A stretch of 64,000 nt of DNA, from the NCBI GenBank assembly GCA_965224085.1, contig CBDCYI010000004.1, positions 832,001-896,000 on the forward strand, given 5' to 3'. Made by a program: the position numbers and the translations under genes. This document shows, piece after piece, positions 9,147 through 18,667 of the stretch; the stretch's first letter is position 1; each line of letters begins with the position of its first letter. This DNA is from Candidatus Marinacidobacterales bacterium (GTDB taxonomy: Bacteria; Acidobacteriota; Vicinamibacteria; Marinacidobacterales; SMYC01). The notes beneath the pieces were generated by a model. That model was not told where the DNA came from and ran no database searches. It saw nothing but the letters and a program-made list of their open reading frames with translations.

Positions 9147-10499
9147 CTAGCCAAGAACCGCCTTGACGGATTCGGTGATGGTTTCCACCGTCCGGTCGAT
9201 TTCAGCGTCCGTGATAACCGCCGGCGGCGCGATGCAATAGACGTCGCCGCGAACCCTCGAGAAGAGCCCCCGCTGGTCGGTCTCGGCGAGAAGCTGGGGG
9301 CCGATTTTATCGGACGGCGGAAATTCCTTTTTCGTTGCTTTGTCCGCGACCATCTCGACGGCGCACATCAGCCCGAGGCCGCGAACCTCTCCAACGTGCG
9401 GGTGGCTCTCGAGCGCCCTACGCAAGCCGTCGTTAAGCCTTTTGCCTTTCTTCCCCGCCGCCTCCACGAGGCCTTCACGCTCGATGATGTCGAGGTTGGC
9501 CAGCGCGATTCGGCAACCGACGGGATGGGCGCTGTACGTGTACGCGTGCATCCAGATCGTATCGCCTTGGTTCAGCACGTCCGACACTACGTCGCTGATC
9601 CCAATGCCGCCTAGCGGAAAGTAGCCGGACGTGACGCCTTTCGCGAACTGGATCATGTCCGGCTTTACGCCCCAATGCTCGAGTCCGAACTTCGTCCCCG
9701 TGCGGCCGTAACCCGTGATGACTTCGTCCGCCACGAGAAGCACGTCGTACTGGTTGCAGATTTCGCGGATGCGGTCGAAATAATCGTCCTGCGGCACGAT
9801 CACGCCGCCGGCGCCTTGGACGGGCTCGGCAAGGAACATCCCCACCGTATCCGGTCCTTCCGCGAGAATCGCTTTTTCCAGCTCGTTCGCAGCCGCGACA
9901 CCTTGGCTCGTGCCCTCGGGCGCTTCGTAGCGATAAGGATACGGCGAGGGGATATGGACGAAGCCCGGCACCCGCGGCTCGAACATCGGCCAATAGCTCT
10001 TGATGCCCGTGGCGCTCATCGCCGCGAGCGTCACTCCGTGATAGCCCCACTGGCGCGAGATGACCTTGGTCTTTTCGGGCTCGCCTTTGAGCTTCCAGTA
10101 ATAGCGCGCGGTCTTGAAGCAGCTATCGCTCGACTCACCGCCGCCCGAAGTGAAGAAGAAATGATTGATGTTCGGATAGGCCCACTCCGATAAGCGTTCT
10201 GCGAGGTCGATCGCGGGACGGTTTGTGCTTCCGGAATATCCCGAGCAGTAGCCGAGCGTGCTCATCTGATCGGAAGCCACCTGCGCGAGCTCCTTGCGCC
10301 CGTGTCCGGCGAACACGTTCCAGAGGCCGGAGAGGCCGTCGATATATTCCTTCCCGTCCAAGTCGTAAAGACACGCTCCCTCTCCACGTGTCCAGACGTG
10401 GCCTTTTTCGTGGGCCGCGGGATTGTGGAGCGGGTGGATAAGATGCGCCTGGTCGCGCGCAAGAAGGTCGCCTTTCTTTCGGGCTTCGGAGGTTGCCAT
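9147..10499 (-). CDS. Class III PLP aminotransferase
   Basis: GYHGVT, AEPVQGAGG, LLVADEVITGYGRTG, FAKGVTSGY. Confidence 0.95.
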   Translation of the reverse strand: MATSEARKKGDLLARDQAHLIHPLHNPAAHEKGHVWTRGEGACLYDLDGKEYIDGLSGLWNVFAGHGRKELAQVASDQMSTLGYCSGYSGSTNRPAIDLAERLSEWAYPNINHFFFTSGGGESSDSCFKTARYYWKLKGEPEKTKVISRQWGYHGVTLAAMSATGIKSYWPMFEPRVPGFVHIPSPYPYRYEAPEGTSQGVAAANELEKAILAEGPDTVGMFLAEPVQGAGGVIVPQDDYFDRIREICNQYDVLLVADEVITGYGRTGTKFGLEHWGVKPDMIQFAKGVTSGYFPLGGIGISDVVSDVLNQGDTIWMHAYTYSAHPVGCRIALANLDIIEREGLVEAAGKKGKRLNDGLRRALESHPHVGEVRGLGLMCAVEMVADKATKKEFPPSDKIGPQLLAETDQRGLFSRVRGDVYCIAPPAVITDAEIDRTVETITESVKAVLG

Positions 10500-10524
10500 A
10501 GGCCTATCCTATCCCCTTTGTCAT

Positions 10525-11421
10525 CTACCGGGCGGACGCCCGCCGTCCCACAGCGAGCGCCTCTCGGGACGTGACGATGAAGACGCGGAAGCCTTGTTCC
10601 AATCGCTTCTCTATATCGTCGGGTCCGGCGGTAATACCGCACGCCACATCGAACTCTTTACACGCAGCGAGCACGGTCTGGATCGCGTTCTCGATCGCTT
10701 CATCGTCGCCTTCATAGGCACGCCGCAAATCGCCCGGTCCGGGAATCACGATGCTAACCCCTTCTGTCGAGACGATGGCGCGCGTGTTCTCGATACCGAT
10801 CTTGTCCTCGATGAGCAGCATGTTGATGAGCTCTCCCCGGGGACTCGCGGGCCAAACGTCCGCGCGCGACGTATAATCCTCTCGACTGACGCCCCAGTAG
10901 CGAGCCGCAACGCCTTGCCCATTTGGCCGAAGCCCCTTCGGCCGATAGCGCATGGACCGGACCGCATGCTCCGCGTCCTCGGCGCTCTCGACATGCGGAA
11001 AGACGACGCCGTGGATGCCGGCGTCGAGAATACGCTGTGTGCGATCCTGCGCTTCCACGAATCCATCGCGGATGGGCGGGATGCGCGTAATGATAGGGTG
11101 CTCGTTGAAGAGGTTTTTCCGGCCGACAAGATCGGCCCGGTCGAGCATGAACTGCATGTAGACTTGCATGCCGGGAACGTCGAACGGGCCGCGCTCCATC
11201 GAATAGAAGATGAAGTCGGCTTCAGTAGTAACGACCTCCATGGCGCTTTCCGGTGTCTTTTCTCCGGAGAAAATGCCAAAAACCGGCTTTCCCGAATCGA
11301 GAAGCGTGACGATCTTGTTGATTCTTTTTTCTTGGGCCGGTGCACTCGAGCTCGACATCAGGACGATCATGCCTCCGAAACAAATAAAACGCCAAAGCGT
11401 ATCTTTCAATCTTGTTGGCAT
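10525..11421 (-). CDS. HpcH/HpaI aldolase-family protein with a probable signal peptide
   Basis: SMERGPFD, RILDAGIHGVVFPHVES, RYRPKGLR, LIED, PGPGDL. Start placed at ATG 11421. Confidence 0.85.
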   Translation of the reverse strand: MPTRLKDTLWRFICFGGMIVLMSSSSAPAQEKRINKIVTLLDSGKPVFGIFSGEKTPESAMEVVTTEADFIFYSMERGPFDVPGMQVYMQFMLDRADLVGRKNLFNEHPIITRIPPIRDGFVEAQDRTQRILDAGIHGVVFPHVESAEDAEHAVRSMRYRPKGLRPNGQGVAARYWGVSREDYTSRADVWPASPRGELINMLLIEDKIGIENTRAIVSTEGVSIVIPGPGDLRRAYEGDDEAIENAIQTVLAACKEFDVACGITAGPDDIEKRLEQGFRVFIVTSREALAVGRRASAR

Positions 11422-11500
11422 AACGGCGGAGACTACCAGTACCGAACGGCTCACGGCAAGATGGCCCGAGAACACGCGCTGAACTAAACTAAGCTCCTCA

Positions 11501-12823
11501 ATGGAAATGGCCCGACAAACGACGCCCATGCTCTCCGGATGGGGCCGCCTCTCGAAACCCGGCAAGGAAGTGTTCTCCGAGGACCTGAAAGCGCTGAGCG
11601 AAAACGCCGTGCTTTCTCGGGGACTCGGCCGCTCCTACGGCGACTCGGCGCTCCCACCGCCCGGCCAGCTAGAAGTGGCGACGACAACGCTCGCCGATCG
11701 CGTGCTCGGCTTCGATGAGACTTCTGGCATCCTCCGTGCGGAGGCAGGCATTTCGCTTCGCGCGCTGAACCGTTTGTTTCTTCCGAGGCGTTGGTTCACT
11801 CCAGTAACACCGGGCACGCAGGACGTGACGCTCGGCGGCATGGTCGCGGCGGATGTCCACGGGAAGAACCACCACGTCGAAGGTACGTTCGGACGACACG
11901 TGCGCGCCATCCTACTGCGCGTTGCCGACGGCCGATTGATCGAGTGCTCGCCGACCCACGAGCACGAGCTCTTCTGGGCGAGCGTGGGTGGTATGGGGCT
12001 CACGGGTCACATCCTCGAAGTCACGTTCCAGATGCGCGCCATCGCGTCGCCGTGGATCTACGAAGAGCGCGAAACGGTGCCGAACATGGCAACGCTCGCC
12101 GCCGCGCTGAAAGACGCCGCCCCCGATTGGCCGTTCACCGTCGGCTGGCTCGATTGCCTCGGCAAAGGGCGAGGCATTCTGGTTCGCGGACGATGGGCCG
12201 AGGCCAGAGAGGCGCCCTCGGATCCGCCGCCGCTGCTATCGACGGTCACCGTGCCCTTCGAGCTTCCCAATTGGGTTCTCAACCGCTGGTCGATGCGCGC
12301 TTTCAACATCATGACCTACTACGTGCAAGGAAGCTCCCGTGGGAAGATCGTTCACCCCGAAGCGTTTTTCTATCCGCTCGACAAAGTGCGTCACTGGAAT
12401 CGCATTTATGGCCGCCGAGGATTCATCCAATACCAATGCGTTCTGCCCTCGGCGGGCGGCCCCGACTCCACGCGGAGGTTCCTCGATGTGCTCGACGAGC
12501 ACCGCGCCGCCGCCTTCTTGTGCGTGGTCAAGGACTGCGCCGAAGAGGGCCAAGGCATGCTCTCCTTTCCGCTTCCCGGGATCTCTATCGCTTTGGACCT
12601 CGCCGTCAACGCCCGCACGCAAACACTCGTCGACGGCCTCAACGAGACAGTCCTCGCGCAAGGGGGGCGCGTCTATCTCGCGAAGGATGCTTTCACGCGG
12701 GAGGAGCATTTTCGCGACATGGAGCCGCGCCTCGATGCGTGGCTTCTCGTCCGCAAACGTTGGGACCCCGAGCTTCGGATCAAAAGCGCGCAATCCGTGC
12801 GTGTGTTGGGAGATCCGGCTTGA
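11501..12823 (+). CDS. FAD-binding oxidoreductase, DprE1-like
   Basis: RGLGRSYGDSA, PVTPGTQDVTLGGMVAADVHGKNHH, GGRVYLAKD. Confidence 0.88.
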   Translation: MEMARQTTPMLSGWGRLSKPGKEVFSEDLKALSENAVLSRGLGRSYGDSALPPPGQLEVATTTLADRVLGFDETSGILRAEAGISLRALNRLFLPRRWFTPVTPGTQDVTLGGMVAADVHGKNHHVEGTFGRHVRAILLRVADGRLIECSPTHEHELFWASVGGMGLTGHILEVTFQMRAIASPWIYEERETVPNMATLAAALKDAAPDWPFTVGWLDCLGKGRGILVRGRWAEAREAPSDPPPLLSTVTVPFELPNWVLNRWSMRAFNIMTYYVQGSSRGKIVHPEAFFYPLDKVRHWNRIYGRRGFIQYQCVLPSAGGPDSTRRFLDVLDEHRAAAFLCVVKDCAEEGQGMLSFPLPGISIALDLAVNARTQTLVDGLNETVLAQGGRVYLAKDAFTREEHFRDMEPRLDAWLLVRKRWDPELRIKSAQSVRVLGDPA

Positions 12824-13560
12824 AGGTCGCGCTCCTCGGGGGCACGAAAGGCATTGGCCGCGCGCTCGGACGCTTGCTCGCCGAGAAAGGCCACAACATC
12901 TGTCTACTCGGCCGCAACCCCGAGGAGCTTCTGGCGTCCAGCAGCGACTTGCAAATCCGAGGAGGCACATCGCAATCCGTGGGAACTGCGACATGCGACC
13001 TCCTCCGACCCGAAACCTTCGCTCCCGCTCTCGCCGCCGCGGAGGAGCAGCTCCAAGGACTCGACACGGTCGTGGTCACAGCGGCGCAGTTCGCCTCGCA
13101 GCCCGAGCTCGAAACCGACCGCGAGCGCACGCGCAACCTACTCGTGGTTAATTTTGCGCACACCGTAACTTTTTGTGAAGAGGCCCGGACGCGACTTCTG
13201 GAGCACGGCGGCGGCACGATCTGCGTGCTCTCTTCTGTGGCCGGCGATCGCGGCCGCAAACCCGTCATTCTTTATGGCGCTTCGAAAGCGGGGCTCTCCG
13301 CTTACCTCGAAGGGCTCGATCACAAGTTTCGCTCGAAGGGCTTGAAGACGATTTGCGTCAAGCCCGGCTTCGTGAAAACGGGCATGACTGCAGGGCTCGA
13401 CCCGCCGCCTTTCGCCGGCGAGCCCGAACCGGTCGCCCGCGATATCCTGAGAGCCATCGAGCGCGGCACGCCTCTCGTCTATACGCCGGAGATCTGGCGC
13501 TACGTAATGATGGTGATCCGCACCCTGCCCCGCTTCGCGATGCGCCGCATAGGCTTCTAA
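12820..13560 (+). CDS. Short-chain dehydrogenase, DprE2-like
   Basis: LLGGTKGIG, SSVAGDRGR, YGASKAG, KPGFVKT. The TTG start overlaps the upstream stop. Confidence 0.85.
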   Translation: MKVALLGGTKGIGRALGRLLAEKGHNICLLGRNPEELLASSSDLQIRGGTSQSVGTATCDLLRPETFAPALAAAEEQLQGLDTVVVTAAQFASQPELETDRERTRNLLVVNFAHTVTFCEEARTRLLEHGGGTICVLSSVAGDRGRKPVILYGASKAGLSAYLEGLDHKFRSKGLKTICVKPGFVKTGMTAGLDPPPFAGEPEPVARDILRAIERGTPLVYTPEIWRYVMMVIRTLPRFAMRRIGF

Positions 13561-13561
13561 T

Positions 13562-13740
13562 CTAGTCCCAGACGCGCCCGTCCCGGACCCGAAGCGTTCG
13601 GTCGGCGTGGGACGCCACTTCCTCGTCGTAGGTGACAATAATGAGGGTGTGCCCCTTCTGGTGGAGGGCATCGAAAATGCTGAGAATCTCCTCGCTCGTC
13701 TTGCTGTCGAGGTTTCCGGTGGGCTCGTCTGCGAGGACGA
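13562..13740 (-). pseudogene. C-terminal remnant of a LolD/MacB-type ABC ATPase
   Basis: Hand translation VLADEPTGNLDSKTSEEIL...IIVTYDEEVASHADR*. The H-loop His is replaced by Tyr. Confidence 0.8.
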
Positions 13741-13804
13741 ACCGTATAAGAAACTCTCTTGACGTCTCGAGCTAAAACGCACAGAATCCGTCCCGGAGGG
13801 GTCG

Positions 13805-15631
13805 TTGCTCGAACAAGCGTTGCCTTTCTTGCTGCTGGCGGCCGCGTTGCCCTACGACGTCGTCCTCCATGAGGAGAACCTCATGGTGCCGATGCGAGAT
13901 GGCGTACAGCTCGCAACCGATATCTACCGACCGTCACAAGAGGGCACGCCGGTCTACGAGCCGCTGCCCATCGTGCTGCAGCGCACGCCCTACGACAAGA
14001 AACGAGCGAGCGCGATTGCGTCGGCCGAATATTTTGCGCGCCAGGGCTACGTCTCGGTCGTGCAGGACGCGCGCGGCCGTTTCGCCTCCGAGGGCGTCTT
14101 CACGAAATATATCGGCGAAGGCGAAGACGGTTACGATACCGTCGAGTATCTCGCGACCCTTTCCTATGGAAACGGCAAAGTTGCGATGTACGGGACGTCC
14201 TACGCCGCGCATGCCCAAGCCAATGCCGCCAAGTTGAGACCGCCTCACCTCGAGACGATGGTCGTCAACATGGGAGGCCTTTCAAACGGCTGGGACCACA
14301 AGATCCGAAACCACGGTGCGTTCGAGATGCAGCAGCTCACGTGGGCGTTCCGAAATCTTGCCTCCGAAACGAAGGACCCCGTCATTCGAAGCATGCTCGG
14401 GCAGGAACGTATCGAGGATTGGCTCACCGCGCTGCCCTTGCGCAAAGGGCTCAATCCTCTATCTGCCGCGCCGAACTTCGAAGACTTCATTCTAACGATG
14501 CTGACGGAGTCGGATTATGGGGAGTATTTCAAGCATCCCGACGTGAACTGGATCGAATATCACGAGCAGACCGCGGACATCCCGATGCTGCTCGTCTCGG
14601 GTTGGTACGATTCCTACGCGGGCGGCACCGTCCAGAATCACCTCGGACTCTCGAGCTACCTCGATTCACCCATCCATCTTTTGATGGGCCCGTGGACGCA
14701 TGGAGGCAACACTCGATCCTATGCCGGCGATGTGGAGTTCGGCACCAAAGCGGCTCTCGACGATTTCTATCGCGAGTTCCACGTTCGCTGGTTCGACCGT
14801 TATCTCAAAGGCACAAACGTCCCAGACGTTGAAGACGAGCCCGAGGCCCCCGTGCGGATTTTTGTGATGGGAACGGGAGACGGCCATCGGGACTCGGAGG
14901 GACGCATGTACCATGGCGGGTATTGGCGGAGCGAACCCGCCTGGCCGCTACCCAAAACGGAATGGAAGAGCTACTACCTCCACGCCGACGGAAGCTTGCG
15001 TTTCGAAGCCCCGAAGCAAGACGTCGCCGCGACGAGTTATCTCTTTGATCCAGACGATCCCGTTCCGACCATTGGTGGCGCTTTTTCGAGCACGAGCCCG
15101 GTCTTCGAGCCCGGCGCCTACGATCAATCCGAACGAGAAGACTTTTACGGATCGAAGCCGCCTTATCTCCCGCTCCACGCGCGCTCGGACGTCCTCGTCT
15201 TCCAAACGGAACCGCTCGAAGAGCCGGTGGAGATCGTCGGTGGCGTGACGGTGAAGCTTTTCATTTCATCGAGCGCCGTCGATACCGATTTCACCGTCAA
15301 GCTCGTGGACGTCTACCCACCTTCGAAGGACTACCCTTCGGGATTCAAGATGAACCTCACCGACGGCATCTTGCGCGCGCGCTATCGCGAGACACCGGAG
15401 CGGCAAGTCTTGATGACTCCAGGCGAGATGTACGAGCTGACGATCGAGCCCTTCCCCACCGCGAATCGGTTCAAGAAAGGGCACCGGATTCGTGTAGATA
15501 TCTCGAGCAGCAATTTCCCGCGTTTCGATGTGAACCCGAACACCGGTGAACCACTCGGAAAGCATCGGCACAAAGTCGCCGCCGAGAATTCGGTCTATCA
15601 CGATAGAGCGCACGCGTCGCACATCCACTGA
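13805..15631 (+). CDS. CocE/NonD-family hydrolase (extreme C-terminus possibly clipped)
   Basis: MRDGVQLATDIYRP, RTPY, GTSY, GWYD, GPWTH, ISSSNFPRFDVNPNTG. Confidence 0.92.
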   Translation: MLEQALPFLLLAAALPYDVVLHEENLMVPMRDGVQLATDIYRPSQEGTPVYEPLPIVLQRTPYDKKRASAIASAEYFARQGYVSVVQDARGRFASEGVFTKYIGEGEDGYDTVEYLATLSYGNGKVAMYGTSYAAHAQANAAKLRPPHLETMVVNMGGLSNGWDHKIRNHGAFEMQQLTWAFRNLASETKDPVIRSMLGQERIEDWLTALPLRKGLNPLSAAPNFEDFILTMLTESDYGEYFKHPDVNWIEYHEQTADIPMLLVSGWYDSYAGGTVQNHLGLSSYLDSPIHLLMGPWTHGGNTRSYAGDVEFGTKAALDDFYREFHVRWFDRYLKGTNVPDVEDEPEAPVRIFVMGTGDGHRDSEGRMYHGGYWRSEPAWPLPKTEWKSYYLHADGSLRFEAPKQDVAATSYLFDPDDPVPTIGGAFSSTSPVFEPGAYDQSEREDFYGSKPPYLPLHARSDVLVFQTEPLEEPVEIVGGVTVKLFISSSAVDTDFTVKLVDVYPPSKDYPSGFKMNLTDGILRARYRETPERQVLMTPGEMYELTIEPFPTANRFKKGHRIRVDISSSNFPRFDVNPNTGEPLGKHRHKVAAENSVYHDRAHASHIH

Positions 15632-15707
15632 GCTCGTCAAGACCAGCTCGTAATCGTCCATGAGGACGCCGCGGGTAGCACGGCGGGACGAGGATCGCCC
15701 CCTCCGG

Positions 15708-15725
15708 GTATATATAGGTATATAC
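15708..15725. promoter_or_regulatory. AT-rich palindrome, probable operator
   Basis: GTATATA-TAGG-TATATAC lies just upstream of the 15737 ORF. Confidence 0.5.
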
Positions 15726-15736
15726 TCATCCATACG

Positions 15737-16201
15737 ATGACCGCCCTCGAGAGAATTTGCGCTGCCCTCAGTCGGGCCCGCCTGCGCTATGCAATCGTAG
15801 GTGGCCACGCCGTGGCACTACATGGTGCTGTACGTGGAACCGTCGACATTGACGTCGTTCTCGCATGGAACAGAAAGACCGTTGTCGCGGCAGAGGAGGT
15901 CCTGAATGAGATTGGATTGATATCCCGGTTACCGATATCAGCAACGGATGTCTTCGATTTCAGAAAAGAATTCATCGAGAACCGAAATCTCGTTGCATGG
16001 AACTTTTACAATCCCGACGACCTTTCGGAGCAGGTGGACCTCATCATTACTTACGATCTCAAAGGTAAGCGGACGAAACGCATAGACCTCGCCGGCATGT
16101 CCGTTCAGATTCTGTCTCTCAAAGATTTGATTGACATGAAGCGACATAGCGCGAGGCCGCAGGACGTTGAGGATGTCAAGGCCTTGGAGAAACTCTTGTG
16201 A
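15737..16201 (+). CDS. Nucleotidyltransferase-fold protein
   Basis: IVGGHAVALHG.VRGTVDID, LIDMK..SARPQD.EDV. Confidence 0.8.
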   Translation: MTALERICAALSRARLRYAIVGGHAVALHGAVRGTVDIDVVLAWNRKTVVAAEEVLNEIGLISRLPISATDVFDFRKEFIENRNLVAWNFYNPDDLSEQVDLIITYDLKGKRTKRIDLAGMSVQILSLKDLIDMKRHSARPQDVEDVKALEKLL

Positions 16202-16461
16202 GACCTGTACAGAAATTTTCGGACGAATATCTCGAGCGCTGCCGTGAAATGTCCCACGATGAGATCGTACGATTCCTCGATGACTTCAGAAGGATCCACG
16301 GAAATCGTCGCGGCAAATCTCAACTCATCAGCATAAAGATCCCGGAAGATCTACTCTCTGCATTCAAAGCCAAGGCGCGACTTTGCAACGTGCCGTATCA
16401 GACTCAAAAGCTAATCAAGAAACTAATGACCCGGTGGCTAAAAGACTCGCGAAGCGATTGA
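16198..16461 (+). CDS. Small protein with a C-terminal CopG/BrnA-like ribbon-helix-helix
   Basis: LISIKIPEDLL..FKAKA....VPYQT; 4-nt overlap with the upstream gene. Confidence 0.65.
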   Translation: MRPVQKFSDEYLERCREMSHDEIVRFLDDFRRIHGNRRGKSQLISIKIPEDLLSAFKAKARLCNVPYQTQKLIKKLMTRWLKDSRSD

Positions 16462-16492
16462 CGGGACCTATTTTCTAAACGTTCACCGTCTC

Positions 16493-16552
16493 TCACTCGT
16501 TGCCGCTGGGAACGAGCCGCTCGAGCTCCTCGAGCCAGTTCTGGATCACAAT
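16493..16552 (-). pseudogene. C-terminal tail remnant of a kinase/PD40 beta-propeller gene
   Basis: IVIQNWLEELERLVPSGNE*. Confidence 0.55.
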
Positions 16553-18033
16553 TTTTCAGCATGGACTTGAGCTCTTCGCCCTCCTTTTCAAAGGGTTAGG
16601 CCGGTATCACAAGGGATACCCGCGGTTTTCGCTCCATGACTCGATGATACACTCCCGCCCATGCCGACCGAGGCGCGCGCCGATCTGACGAAGATCCTAG
16701 GGCGACGCGACGTCTTGGCGCTCGCTTTCGGGGCGATGATCGGCTGGGGCTGGGTCGTGCTCTCCGGGGAGATGACGGCGCGCGCGGGGACCTACGGGTC
16801 CGCGCTCGCGTTCATGTTCGGCGCCGTCATGGTGCTGCTCGTCGGTCTTACCTATGCCGAGCTCACCTCGTCGCTCTCACGCGCGGGCGGCGAGCTCGCG
16901 TTCACTTATGCCGGGATCGGTCCCTTGGCATCCTTTGTTTGCGGCTGGGCGCTCGTTCTCGCCTACATGACGGTCGTGGCTTTCGAGGTCGTCTCGCTCC
17001 CCACAGTCCTCGGTTACGTCTTCGACGGGCTCGACGCCGGCAAGCTGTACACGGTCGCGGGGTGGGACGTACACCTTGCTTGGGTAACGGTAGGTATCGT
17101 CGGGGCGCTCGCGATCGGCGTCGTCAATTACTTTGGCCTCCGCATGTCGTCCTTCATCCAAGGCGCCGCGGCGACGACGCTCCTAGTCGTCGGTATCGCT
17201 TTTTTCGTACCAGGCGCCTTTCGCGGAGATGCGGCCAACCTCGCGCCGCGTTTCGTGAGCACTGAGGGTTTTTTTCGTGTCGTCATCATGACGCCGTTTC
17301 TCTTTCTCGGCTTCGATGTCATCCCTCAGGTGGCGGAAGAGATCAAGATCCCGTTCCGAGCGGTTGGCAAGATGATCCTGATCTCCATCGCGATGGCAAC
17401 GATCTGGTACGTGCTCGTCCAATGGACGGTCGGGCTGAATCTGAACGAGGCCGCGCGGCAAAGCTCGGAGCTTGTTACGGCGGACGCGATGGCCGCGGTC
17501 TACCGCAGCCCGTGGGGAAGGCACGCGCTCATCTTCGGCGGTTTGCTCGGTATCATAACGAGCTGGAACGCGTTTTTCATCGGCGCGTCGAGGCTGCTCT
17601 TCGCGATGGCGCGGGGCGGGATGCTGCCCGCGACGTTTGCCCGCCTGCATCCAAGATACGAATCGCCGGTTGCTGTGATTGTTCTTCTGACCGCGATCTC
17701 TATACTCGCTCCTTTTTTGGACGTCAAGTGCTCGTGTGGCTCGTCGATGCCGGAGGCCTCGCGACCGTGTTGGGATATCTGTTCGTGACCGTGTCGTTCC
17801 TCAAGCTCCGCAAGAGCCATCCCGAGCTCGAGCGACCCTATCGTGTGCCAAAAGCGAAACTCGTCGGGACCCTCGCCCTTCTTGCAACCGTCTTTTTCAT
17901 CTGTCTCTATCTGCCGGGAAGCCCCTCCGCGCTGATTTGGCCGCAGGAATGGCTCATCGTTCTGGTCTGGGCACTTCTCGGTGTCACCTTTTACTTCATC
18001 GCGCGAGGACGCGTGTCCGAGATGGGTCGTGAA

Positions 18034-18573
18034 GTGAACAACCACCGCCTAGAAGGCGGTGGCTTCAAGGGCTGTCAATTGGAAATTGACTGTCGTCGTG
18101 AAGAGGCTCGCCATCCTGGGAGTCTATGTACTCCTTTACCATCTCGTCCGTTATGCTTCCTGAACTCACCGCCAGATATCCTCGGGCCCAGAAGTGCCGG
18201 CCCCAAAACTTCTTCCTCAGGTGAGCAAACTCCTGAAGGAGTACTCGGGAGCTTATTCCTTTTAGCCACTGCACGATCGTACTCAGGTCCTGGTGTGGTC
18301 GGTAGGATACGAACACGTGGACGTGGTCGCGTGCAACCTTACCCGAGATTATGTGCAGCTCATGTTCCATCGCGATCTGACGAATCAGATCGCGCACACG
18401 AACCGCTACTGGACCGATCAAAACCTTTTTACGATATTTCGGTATCCAAACGATGTGCGCTTTTAGGTCCGTTTTCGTGTGCGCTCCGTGCCTGTAGTGA
18501 CGCACGCGACCACAATACCACGATCTTCTCTTCGCCTAAAGGCGAGGGGTTTCGACCATCCCCGGAAGAGACA
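18034..18573 (-). mobile_element. IS200/IS605-family element, tnpA only, 540 bp (copy 1)
   Basis: Identical to 48638-49177. It has subterminal hairpins and sits 3' of TTAG. Removing it restores MGRE-LKRKAIL in frame. Confidence 0.92.
18065..18505 (-). CDS. tnpA: Y1 HUH transposase TnpA
   Basis: HIVWIPKYR, DHVH, LKGISSR, FWARGY, EYI. Confidence 0.95.
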   Translation of the reverse strand: MRHYRHGAHTKTDLKAHIVWIPKYRKKVLIGPVAVRVRDLIRQIAMEHELHIISGKVARDHVHVFVSYRPHQDLSTIVQWLKGISSRVLLQEFAHLRKKFWGRHFWARGYLAVSSGSITDEMVKEYIDSQDGEPLHDDSQFPIDSP

Positions 18574-18667
18574 CTAAAGCGCAAAGCGATCCTCGGCGAC
18601 TACGCCGGTAAGCTTTAACTCATGTCGAGCCCCGACTAGACCGTCCTTGGTACAATTGGCTAGCGAC

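Larger units (their letters stand above)
16661..18618 (+). pseudogene. APC-family amino acid permease, frameshifted near 17713 and carrying an IS200
   Basis: FGAMIGWGW, YAEL, FLGFDVIPQVAEE, SRLLFAMAR. The frame changes at a T6 run, which could be a sequencing error. The C-terminus resumes after the IS. Confidence 0.85.

Noticed and set aside
11791-12819. N-terminal ~340 aa of the 589-aa ORF
   Set aside because: Overlaps the DprE1-like gene. The SDR starts at TTG 12820.
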